In this document: piece by piece, positions 56,568 to 64,000 of the stretch | How the letters are laid out: each line of letters begins with the position of its first letter | Position numbering within the stretch: the first letter of the stretch is position 1 | From: an uncultured Acidobacteriota bacterium | GTDB lineage: Bacteria; Acidobacteriota; Thermoanaerobaculia; Gp7-AA8 | Direction: 5' to 3' | Assembly (NCBI GenBank): GCA_963822445.1 | Contig: CAWGHO010000001.1 | Location: forward strand, 1,120,001-1,184,000 | Length of the DNA: 64,000 nt | Notes under the pieces: model-generated | Told to the model about the DNA's origin: nothing | Databases searched by the model: none | What the model saw: only the letters and a program-made list of their open reading frames with translations | Program-made: the position numbers and the translations under genes

Positions 56568-57308
56568 ATGCACACCCGCCGCGAGATCCTCTGGTTGTTG
56601 CTCCTCGCACGCTGCGCGGCGCGGGAGCGCGTGGCGTTCGCGGAATCGGACGGACGCTTTTCGGCGCGACCAATTGCGCGAACATCAACCGGCGGCGCCA
56701 CTCCGCAACCGAAGCCGCTGAAACTGGGCGGCGAGCGCGACGGCGTTTTCTACGTTCCGGCGAAAGCCGTTTCTTCGCATCCGCTGCTCGTCTACCTGCA
56801 CGGCGCGGGCGGTTCGGGCAGCCGGGTCATTCAATACCTGACCGGTCACGCCGACGCTACCGGCACGATCGTGATCGCTCCTGACTCGCGCGAGCAGACC
56901 TGGGGCGCGCTGATCGGCGATGAATCCGCGGATGTCGCCTTCATCAACGCGGCGCTGAAGAGAGTGTTCGACCGCTATTCGATCGACGCCGCGCGCATCG
57001 GGATCGGCGGGTTCTCCGACGGCGCCACCGCGGCGTTGTCGTGGGGCCTGGTGAACGGCGACCTCTTCTCAGCGATCGTCGCCTTCTCCCCCGGAGGCCT
57101 CGGCGTCTCCTCCGATCCCGTCGGCAAGCCGCGCGTCTTCATCTCCCACGGCATCGACGACGAGATCCTTCCCATCGATCGCTGCAGCCGGCAGATCGTG
57201 CCCGAGTTGCGCGGCGCTGGATACACCGTCGACTATCGCGAATTCGACGGCGACCACGACGTGCCGGGGGACATCGGCGAAGCGGGCCTGGCCTTCCTGC
57301 TCAAATGA
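56568..57308 (+). CDS. Phospholipase/carboxylesterase family protein, possible Tat signal
   Basis: TRREIL N-terminus; LHGAGG, GFSDG, HGIDD, FDGDH. Confidence 0.85.
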   Translation: MHTRREILWLLLLARCAARERVAFAESDGRFSARPIARTSTGGATPQPKPLKLGGERDGVFYVPAKAVSSHPLLVYLHGAGGSGSRVIQYLTGHADATGTIVIAPDSREQTWGALIGDESADVAFINAALKRVFDRYSIDAARIGIGGFSDGATAALSWGLVNGDLFSAIVAFSPGGLGVSSDPVGKPRVFISHGIDDEILPIDRCSRQIVPELRGAGYTVDYREFDGDHDVPGDIGEAGLAFLLK

Positions 57309-59088
57309 GCTTCGCTTCGAGCTCCGCCCACCGCGCGTAGAGTCTTTCGACTTCGCGCTGCGCTTCTGCTAGGGCGTTGAAGCGCTCCTGCAGTGCCGCG
57401 GCATCGGAGGCGATCGCCGGATCATGGGCGCGCTCTTTTGCGAGAGCCAGCTTTTCCTCGGCGGCGAGCACGTTCGCTTCCATCGCGTCGAATTCGCGTT
57501 GCTCGAGGTAGCCGAGACGCTTCGCTTTAGTGGGCAGCGGGCGGTGGGCAGCAGGCAGAGGAGGCTGTGCGGGAGTTGGACGAGTGCGATTCGCTTCCCA
57601 TTGCGCGTAATCGGCAAAGTATTCGGCTCCGCCCTTTCCGTCGATGGCCAGGACCTGCGTGGACACGCGATCGAGCAGATAGCGATCGTGCGTCACGAGC
57701 ACGAGCGCCCCGGGAAACTCGAGCAGCGACTCTTCGAGGACGTCGAGCGTGGGGATGTCGAGGTCGTTCGTCGGCTCGTCCATCACCAAGAGGTCGGCCG
57801 GCTGCAGCATGAGCCGGGCGAGGACGATGCGCGCCTTCTCCCCGCCCGACAATCGCGACACCATCGTCTCGAGCTGCTCGGTCCGGAAGAGAAATCGTTT
57901 GGCCCAGCTGGCGACATGAATGGAACGGTCCTGATACACGACCGAATCGCCCTCCGGCGCGAGCGCGCGGGCCAGGGTCACGTTCGGATCGAGGCTCTGC
58001 CGGTTCTGTTCGAAGTACACGACGCGCAAGCCATCGGCCTTCTCGATCGTGCCCGCATCCGGCTCGAGCTCGCCGACGATGATCCGGAACAGCGTGGTCT
58101 TGCCCGATCCGTTCGGGCCGAGGATTCCCAGGCGGGTGCCGGGGGTGAGGAGAATGTCGAGGTTGCGGAAAAGCTCCCGCTTGGCGAGACCGCGCCCGGC
58201 CCACAAACGTTTGGTCTTGCGCTGCGAGGCGTTGAAGTCGATGTCCGCGCTCGAGGTTCGCGCGCGATCGCGCGAGTCATCCAGCTCGTCGATCAGGCGC
58301 TCCGCGTTCTGAATGCGCGCTTTCGATTTCGTCGTCCGCGCCTTCGGTCCGCGCCGCAGCCACTCCACCTCCCGCCGCACGAGATTGGCGAGCGTCTCCT
58401 GATACGCGGCCTCGTTGCGGAACACCTCGTCGCGCCGCACGAGGAGATCGCTGTACGTGCCGTTGACCTCGAGCAGGCCGCCGGAGTACGCGCGATTCAG
58501 CTCGAGCATGCGCCTGGTGATGTTCTCCAGGAAGTAGCGATCGTGGCTGACGACGATGAAGGCCTGCGGATCGCTCTTGAGCAACGCTTCGAGCCAGAGG
58601 ATGGCTTCGACGTCGAGATGATTCGTCGGCTCGTCGAGGAGGAGCACGTCCGGCTCGCGAGCCAGCTCGTGCGCGATGGCCAGCCGTTTCCGCCAGCCGC
58701 CGGACAGCGTGTCGGTGATCGCGTCGCGATCGGTGAAGCCTGCTTTGCCGAGGGTCAGCGAGACGCGGGCGAACTTCTCGTGCTCGTCGAGTGAGTGATC
58801 CTCGCGCAGCGATTCGAGCAGAACCTCTTCGACGGTCTTCCCCGGCGCGAACACCGGATCCTGCGGCACGTACCCCACGCGCACACCTTTGCGCAGCGCA
58901 CGACGCCCCGAGTCGGCGTCTTCGATTCCGGCCAGGATCTTCATCAATGTCGATTTGCCCGAACCGTTCGGACCGACCAGCCCGACGTGATCGCCGTCGA
59001 AGAGCGTGAAGGACAGGTCTTCGAACAACGGCCGCGAGCCGAAGGACTTGGAGACGGATTCGATGGAGAGGAGGACGGAGCGGCTCAT
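57301..59088 (-). CDS. ABC-F family ATPase (Uup-like)
   Basis: Two ABC cassettes, RREVEWLRRGPKARTTKSKARI linker and C-terminal coiled coil ending LYARWAELE. Confidence 0.93.
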   Translation of the reverse strand: MSRSVLLSIESVSKSFGSRPLFEDLSFTLFDGDHVGLVGPNGSGKSTLMKILAGIEDADSGRRALRKGVRVGYVPQDPVFAPGKTVEEVLLESLREDHSLDEHEKFARVSLTLGKAGFTDRDAITDTLSGGWRKRLAIAHELAREPDVLLLDEPTNHLDVEAILWLEALLKSDPQAFIVVSHDRYFLENITRRMLELNRAYSGGLLEVNGTYSDLLVRRDEVFRNEAAYQETLANLVRREVEWLRRGPKARTTKSKARIQNAERLIDELDDSRDRARTSSADIDFNASQRKTKRLWAGRGLAKRELFRNLDILLTPGTRLGILGPNGSGKTTLFRIIVGELEPDAGTIEKADGLRVVYFEQNRQSLDPNVTLARALAPEGDSVVYQDRSIHVASWAKRFLFRTEQLETMVSRLSGGEKARIVLARLMLQPADLLVMDEPTNDLDIPTLDVLEESLLEFPGALVLVTHDRYLLDRVSTQVLAIDGKGGAEYFADYAQWEANRTRPTPAQPPLPAAHRPLPTKAKRLGYLEQREFDAMEANVLAAEEKLALAKERAHDPAIASDAAALQERFNALAEAQREVERLYARWAELEAKLI

Positions 59089-59100
59089 TAGAATTGCGCG

Positions 59101-59688
59101 ATGGTGCCCATTTCTCCCACCACTCTCGCCATCGCCCTGATCGCGATCGCCGTGGTGTTCTTCCTGATCAACCGCGGAACGCGGCGCTGGGAAGCGGAGC
59201 GCGCGGAAGAGTACCGCAAGGCCGCGGCGCTGCGAGGGTGGCAACTCGAGCTCGATCACATCGAGTACCGCTACCGCGGCACGACCGAGGGCGTGCCCTG
59301 GACGATGCGCGTCGGGCATTACCGATCGCACAGCCGTCAACGGCGGCCGGCGCTCTGGCAGACGACGGCCGTGCGCCTGAACGAAGGGGTCCTCATCGTC
59401 TGGCCGGATTTCGGTCAGGGCATGGACGCGATCACGACGCCGGGCGTCCCCCAGTTCGTCCTCGACCTGGCCATGCGTCCGGTAGCCATGGCCCTCGGCG
59501 TCCCCTCGGATGACGGCTCACTGCTCGCCGAGGCTCGGGGCGTCGCGGAAGGACCGAAGGGCTTCCTCCTTCGCGGAACGGATCCGAACAAGCTTCAGCA
59601 GTGGCTCGACAATCCAACGATCTCGATCACTTCGCCCGCCTCGCGCGCCTCGGCGCGCGCCTGGCCAAAGCCTATGGAGGATGAATGA
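59101..59688 (+). CDS. Hypothetical membrane-anchored protein
   Basis: N-terminal TM helix; typical codon usage; ATGA overlap with the next gene. Confidence 0.6.
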   Translation: MVPISPTTLAIALIAIAVVFFLINRGTRRWEAERAEEYRKAAALRGWQLELDHIEYRYRGTTEGVPWTMRVGHYRSHSRQRRPALWQTTAVRLNEGVLIVWPDFGQGMDAITTPGVPQFVLDLAMRPVAMALGVPSDDGSLLAEARGVAEGPKGFLLRGTDPNKLQQWLDNPTISITSPASRASARAWPKPMEDE

Positions 59689-61700
59689 AAACCCGTTCCG
59701 CAGTCGCGCTCCTGTTGATGTTGATCGCCGTCCCGATCCTCGCCGCGCATCCCCTCGAGCCTCTGTCCGAGGACGAACATCGCGCCGCGTTCGACATCAC
59801 CCGGGCGCACTTTGAATCGGCGGGCAATCTTCCTGACGACGGTCTGCTTTTCCCGTTCATCGCTCTCCGCGAGCCGGCCAAGACCGTCGTGCGGAACTGG
59901 ACCGCGGGCGCCGATTTCCCGCGGCAGGCCACGCTGCACGTGCTTCATCCGCTGACCAATCGCCTCTGGATCGTCACCGTCGATCTTCGCGCCGGACGCG
60001 TCTCCGACATCGAACTCGCTCCGGCCGGGACGCAACCGGCCGTGACTGCCGAGGAGTATGTGATCGCCGATGAGATCGTGCGTGCGTACGGACCGTGGGC
60101 CGCGGCGATGCAGGCCCGCGGTGTCGATCCCGAGGACGTTTACATCGATGTCTGGGCGCCGGGCGATCTCGAGTTGCCGGGCTCCATCGTTGCGTCACTG
60201 CCTCACGGCTCGAACACACGGCTCCTTCGCGCCCTCTTCTTCTTCCGCGGCGCCTCGGTCGACGACTACGACTCCTCCAATCCGCAGAATCCGTACGTGC
60301 GTCCGATCGAGGGCGTCGTCGTCACGATCGACATGAACCAGCGACGCGTCGTGCATATGACCAACACCGCCGTCCGGCCGGTGTCGCGCGAGAGCGGCAA
60401 TGCTGCGGCGCGGCGCACCGGTCTCAAGCCGATGAAGATCACCCAACCGAACGGCGGCGGCTTTGAGGTCACCGGAAGGCTGGTGCAGTGGCAGAACTGG
60501 CAGTTCTACGTCGTGCTGCATCCGCGGGAAGGGCTCGTGCTCTACGACGTCCGCTACAACGACAACGGCCGCCTGCGGCCCATTGCCTATCGCCTGTCGC
60601 TCTCGGAGATTTACGTTCCGTACGGAGTCGCCGATGAGAACTGGTCATGGCGAACTGCCTTCGACGTCGGCGAATACAACCTCGGCATGTACGCGCAGAC
60701 GCTCGAGCCGGATCGCGACGTGCCCGAGCACGCGTACCTGTTCGACACGACCTTCGGGACCGACACCGGAGACACGTTCGAAGCGACGGACACGATCGGG
60801 ATGTACGAGCGGGACAACGGACTGCTCTGGACGCGCACCGATCCGTCGAATGCCGCGCGCGATACCCGCGCGCGCCGCGAGCTGGTTCTGACGTGGAACG
60901 CGTGGATCGGCAATTACATCTACGGCTTCGACTGGACGTTCGGCATGGACGGCAGCATCGACGTCAAGGTCGTGCTCACCGGCACACTGCTGAGCCGCGG
61001 TGCTCCGAACGAGGATGAACCGAGCGCGCCGGTGGTCGGCATCGACGAGAGCTTCGTTCGCGTCTCCGCACCGAATCATCAGCACTTCTTCAGCTTCCGT
61101 CTCGATCTCGACGTCGACGGACCGGAGAACGCGGTCGTCGAGTCGAACATGCGTCATGTCGCAACGCCCGGCTTCGCGAATGCGTTCGCAGCCGTGGAGA
61201 GGGTGCTTACCGCCGAGGGATCCCGCGACGCGGATCCGTTCCAGGCCCGTCATTGGGAGGTGAGCAGCGCGACGGCGATGAACGCGTTCCTGCGCCACAC
61301 CGCATACGCGATCGAGAGCAACGCCATCGCCGCGCCGCTCTCGTCGCCGCTTTACGAGCCACTCCGGCGCGCCGCGTTCGCGACGCATGCCTTCTGGGTG
61401 ACCCGCTTCCGCGACGACGAACGCTACGCCGCCGGCGACTTCCCGAACCAGGGCGCCGTCGGCCAGGGGCTGGAGGCGTTCGTCTCCCCGGCCGAGCAGC
61501 TCGATGAAGAGGATGGGACGGACGTCGTGGTCTGGCACACCATCGGGATGACCCACGTCCCCCGCCCCGAGGACTACCCGGTCATGCCGACGGAAACGAT
61601 CGGATTCAAGCTCGTGCCCCACGGGTTCTTCGACAGGAACCCCGCGCTGGACGCGCCGGATCTGCCGAAGCCGAGGATTCGACGGCGAACGGTGCGGTAG
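59685..61700 (+). CDS. Copper-containing amine oxidase (TynA-like), secreted
   Basis: HPLEPLS, REGLVL, SLSEIYVPYG, FDVGEY (catalytic Asp), GNYIY (TPQ site), HQH and THVPRPEDYPVMP (Cu ligands), GFFDRNP. Confidence 0.92.
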   Translation: MKTRSAVALLLMLIAVPILAAHPLEPLSEDEHRAAFDITRAHFESAGNLPDDGLLFPFIALREPAKTVVRNWTAGADFPRQATLHVLHPLTNRLWIVTVDLRAGRVSDIELAPAGTQPAVTAEEYVIADEIVRAYGPWAAAMQARGVDPEDVYIDVWAPGDLELPGSIVASLPHGSNTRLLRALFFFRGASVDDYDSSNPQNPYVRPIEGVVVTIDMNQRRVVHMTNTAVRPVSRESGNAAARRTGLKPMKITQPNGGGFEVTGRLVQWQNWQFYVVLHPREGLVLYDVRYNDNGRLRPIAYRLSLSEIYVPYGVADENWSWRTAFDVGEYNLGMYAQTLEPDRDVPEHAYLFDTTFGTDTGDTFEATDTIGMYERDNGLLWTRTDPSNAARDTRARRELVLTWNAWIGNYIYGFDWTFGMDGSIDVKVVLTGTLLSRGAPNEDEPSAPVVGIDESFVRVSAPNHQHFFSFRLDLDVDGPENAVVESNMRHVATPGFANAFAAVERVLTAEGSRDADPFQARHWEVSSATAMNAFLRHTAYAIESNAIAAPLSSPLYEPLRRAAFATHAFWVTRFRDDERYAAGDFPNQGAVGQGLEAFVSPAEQLDEEDGTDVVVWHTIGMTHVPRPEDYPVMPTETIGFKLVPHGFFDRNPALDAPDLPKPRIRRRTVR

Positions 61701-61706
61701 TCCAAG

Positions 61707-61813
61707 AGTTTATCCCGCGCGAAGACGCGGGATCTCCCGGTGCACCGACACCAATGGTGGCTCGTGCGCTGCCGGTGCACGGGGAGATCCCGCGTCTTCG
61801 CGCGGGATAAACT
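61707..61813. repeat. REPIN/MITE-like element with 30-bp inverted arms (copy 2)
   Basis: Same AGTTTATCCCGCGCGAAGACGCGGGATCTC arms as at 7799-7911; perfect inverted repeat. Confidence 0.9.
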
Positions 61814-61865
61814 GAAAAGCCGGGCAACCCCGAACGGAACCCCAACACCCCGTGTTTAACACCAT

Positions 61866-62489
61866 ATGAAGAACTCCTGGACCGGGAGCGAAGCCGTGAG
61901 CCTCGCTGGTGCGCCCCCCGCTGAGGAGAACCTGGCCGTGGCGGTTCATCGCTGCGAGCCGGGGGCGCTCGAGCGGCTCATCGACCGCTTCGAGCCGGCT
62001 CTCTACGGCTACGCCTTCGGCATCCTCCAGAACGCTTTCGACGCGCAGGAGGTCGTGCAGGACGCGATGCTGCGCGCACACCGCGCCCTGACGCGGCAAT
62101 ACGACGAGGCGCGTTGCGCCGCGCTCGCGCTGAGGCCGTGGCTCTTCAAGATGACCCGCAATCTCTGTCTCAACAAGCGACGATCGAAAACGCGCGCGCT
62201 CGAACAGCCGCTCGAGTCCTTCGACGACAACCGCATCGGGCCGTTCGTGCGCGAGCACGGCTCGGAGCTCGAGAAAAAGCAGGACGCCGAACTGCTCCGG
62301 CGGGCCATGACCGCGCTGCCGGTCGAGGCCCGCGAGCTGATCGTCCTCCGCTTCATGGAAGACATGTCATACGCCGACATCGCCAGAACCGTCGGATCGA
62401 CGGAGGCGTCATTGCGCGGCAAGGTGTTTCGCTCGCTGAAGCTGTTGCGAGACGCACTGGAGTCAAAAGGAGTTGCCCATGCGGTGTAG
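61866..62489 (+). CDS. ECF RNA polymerase sigma factor
   Basis: DAQEVVQDAMLRA, WLFKMTRNLCLN (region 2); LP..ARELIVLRF..MSYADIA (region 4). Confidence 0.93.
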   Translation: MKNSWTGSEAVSLAGAPPAEENLAVAVHRCEPGALERLIDRFEPALYGYAFGILQNAFDAQEVVQDAMLRAHRALTRQYDEARCAALALRPWLFKMTRNLCLNKRRSKTRALEQPLESFDDNRIGPFVREHGSELEKKQDAELLRRAMTALPVEARELIVLRFMEDMSYADIARTVGSTEASLRGKVFRSLKLLRDALESKGVAHAV

Positions 62490-63363
62490 ATCCGTTCTCA
62501 CCCGAATCGACGCGATGCGCACCGGCGAGCTTGCCGCCGATGAGCGTCACGAGCTGCACGATCATCTCGAGACCTGCCCGAGCTGCGACGAGTCGGTGGG
62601 CGACATGGAATCGCTGGCCTCGACGCTCAAGGCTCTCGTTCCCGCTCCGCCGCGCTCCTGCAAAGACACTCTGAAAGGCAAATGCGCGACGGCGTTCGAT
62701 GAAGTCGACGGCATCTGGGTCGCGTTCTCGAAAGAAGGCCTGCGCATGATTCATCGCGGCGGAACGGAGGAAGAGTTCCGCGCGAAGTTCGCCCGTCGCT
62801 ACAGCCGTCCGCTCGAGCGCGCGAGTCTCCCCGATCGTTTGCGCAAGCAGGTCACCGCCGCGCTGCGCGGTGAAGGATCGGCCGAGCCGCTCGTCGACTG
62901 GGGAGAGGAAGCGACGGAGCTCGCGCGCGAAGTACTGAACACGCTCTCGCGCATCCCGCGCGGCGAAGTGCGGACGTACGCCTGGGTTGCGCGGCAGGTC
63001 GGCCGTCCGAAAGCGGTCCGCGCCGTGGGCAACATCCTCGCGAACAACGTCGTCCCGATCGTCGTCCCCTGCCATCGCGTCGTTCCGACCGGCGGCGGCA
63101 TCGGCAACTACGCGTTCGGCAGCGCCGCGAAGCGCGAGTTGTTGCGTCGCGAAGGAGTCGACGTCGACGCGCTCGAAGCGCTGGAGCGCGAAGGCGTCCG
63201 CTACATCGGCTCGAAGACCTCGAAGATCGTCTGCTTTCCAACCTGCAAGGACGCGCGGAGGATCCGGGAAGAAAACCGGGTCCCTTTTCACAGCGAGTCC
63301 GAGGCGCTGAAGAAAGGATTCCGGCCATGTCGACGATGCCAGCCGTTCGCGAAAACGGCCTGA
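62479..63363 (+). CDS. Fusion of anti-sigma zinc finger (HxxxCxxC), O6-methylguanine-DNA methyltransferase and Ada Zn domain
   Basis: HLETCPSC; IPRGEVRTY..VA, RAVG, VPCHRVV; CFPTC...GFRPCRRC; RBS AAGGAG. Confidence 0.9.
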   Translation: MRCRSVLTRIDAMRTGELAADERHELHDHLETCPSCDESVGDMESLASTLKALVPAPPRSCKDTLKGKCATAFDEVDGIWVAFSKEGLRMIHRGGTEEEFRAKFARRYSRPLERASLPDRLRKQVTAALRGEGSAEPLVDWGEEATELAREVLNTLSRIPRGEVRTYAWVARQVGRPKAVRAVGNILANNVVPIVVPCHRVVPTGGGIGNYAFGSAAKRELLRREGVDVDALEALEREGVRYIGSKTSKIVCFPTCKDARRIREENRVPFHSESEALKKGFRPCRRCQPFAKTA

Positions 63364-63974
63364 TTCCCCACATCCACGCGGTCTCGCGTCCCGCGCGAAC
63401 TTTTACCGGCGACTTCTACTTCACTCATCGCCACGAGCAGCGCTCGTGGATCGTCGTGGGCGACGTGGCCGGCAAAGGATTGCCCGCCGCGATCGTGATG
63501 GCCATGATTCAGGAAGAGCTGGAGCACCGCATTGCGTCGTGCGCGTCCGCGGAATGCGATCCCGCGCGCACCGCCGCGCGGCTGCACGAGTTTCTCGCGC
63601 CGCTGCTGCCCCGCAATCGATTCGCGACCGCGGCCATCGGCTGGCTCGATGACGACGGCACGCTGACCATCGTCAACGCCGGCCATCCGCCGCCGATCAT
63701 CATCCGCCGCACCGGCGACATCGAGGAAATCGGCTCCACCGGCCCGGTCCTCGGCGTCCTCCCGAACCCGCAATGGCAATCGGTGCAGCACAAGCTCGAG
63801 GAAGGGGACGCGCTGGTGCTTTACAGCGATGGCGTGTCCGAGGCGGTGGTCGATGGGCAGGAGCTGGGGGTGTGCGGGTTGCGTCGACTGCTCGCGCAAT
63901 CGACGTCCCCGCAAGCGCTGCTCGCCGATCTGGAGACGGCGGATGATGTGACGATGGTGGTGTTGCGGCGCTAG
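63327..63974 (+). CDS. Stand-alone PP2C/SpoIIE (RsbU-like) phosphatase
   Basis: GDFY, GDVAGKG, NAGHP, LYSDG and DDVT motifs. Confidence 0.9.
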   Translation: MSTMPAVRENGLIPHIHAVSRPARTFTGDFYFTHRHEQRSWIVVGDVAGKGLPAAIVMAMIQEELEHRIASCASAECDPARTAARLHEFLAPLLPRNRFATAAIGWLDDDGTLTIVNAGHPPPIIIRRTGDIEEIGSTGPVLGVLPNPQWQSVQHKLEEGDALVLYSDGVSEAVVDGQELGVCGLRRLLAQSTSPQALLADLETADDVTMVVLRR

Positions 63975-64000
63975 TCGCGGACCTCGATCCTCACCTCATC

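Noticed and set aside
61824-61857. Autoregulatory ECF promoter (GAAC...CGTGT) upstream of the sigma gene
   Set aside because: Plausible, but several overlapping AAC candidates and no second instance to support it.
63971-64000. 3' end of a minus-strand gene (...DEVRIEVRD*)
   Set aside because: Only 9 codons are visible, too short to call.

Overview
GC-rich bacterial chromosome window. The gene content (GWxTD-VWA proteins, DUF4388, IPTL-CTERM protein, many REP-like repeats) suggests Acidobacteriota, probably Thermoanaerobaculia; this is an inference. It carries housekeeping genes (cysteine desulfurase, sdaAA/sdaAB, class II aldolase, cysS, ruvA, two ABC-F ATPases), a 2190-aa Calx-beta/nuclease surface protein, a sigma54 two-component operon, an IS110 element and many palindromic repeats. 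The main feature is an array of 11 paralogous, secreted, Cys-containing proteins of about 410-465 aa with unknown function (32221-42978 and 46371-50446). They share a conserved scaffold with a hypervariable loop and show signs of mosaic recombination. Each of the three sub-clusters is preceded by the same promoter/operator motif, TTGAC-N4-ATGCTG-N3-C(A/G)GCAT. Other highlights: an ECF sigma factor paired with an anti-sigma zinc finger/O6-methylguanine methyltransferase/Ada fusion; an IS110 whose core repeats and candidate bridge RNA can be read from the sequence; and a family of inverted short-tandem-repeat elements, one of which brackets a foreign-looking hydrolase gene. No rRNA, tRNA or CRISPR array was seen. 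All assignments come from motif recognition by eye; no searches were run.
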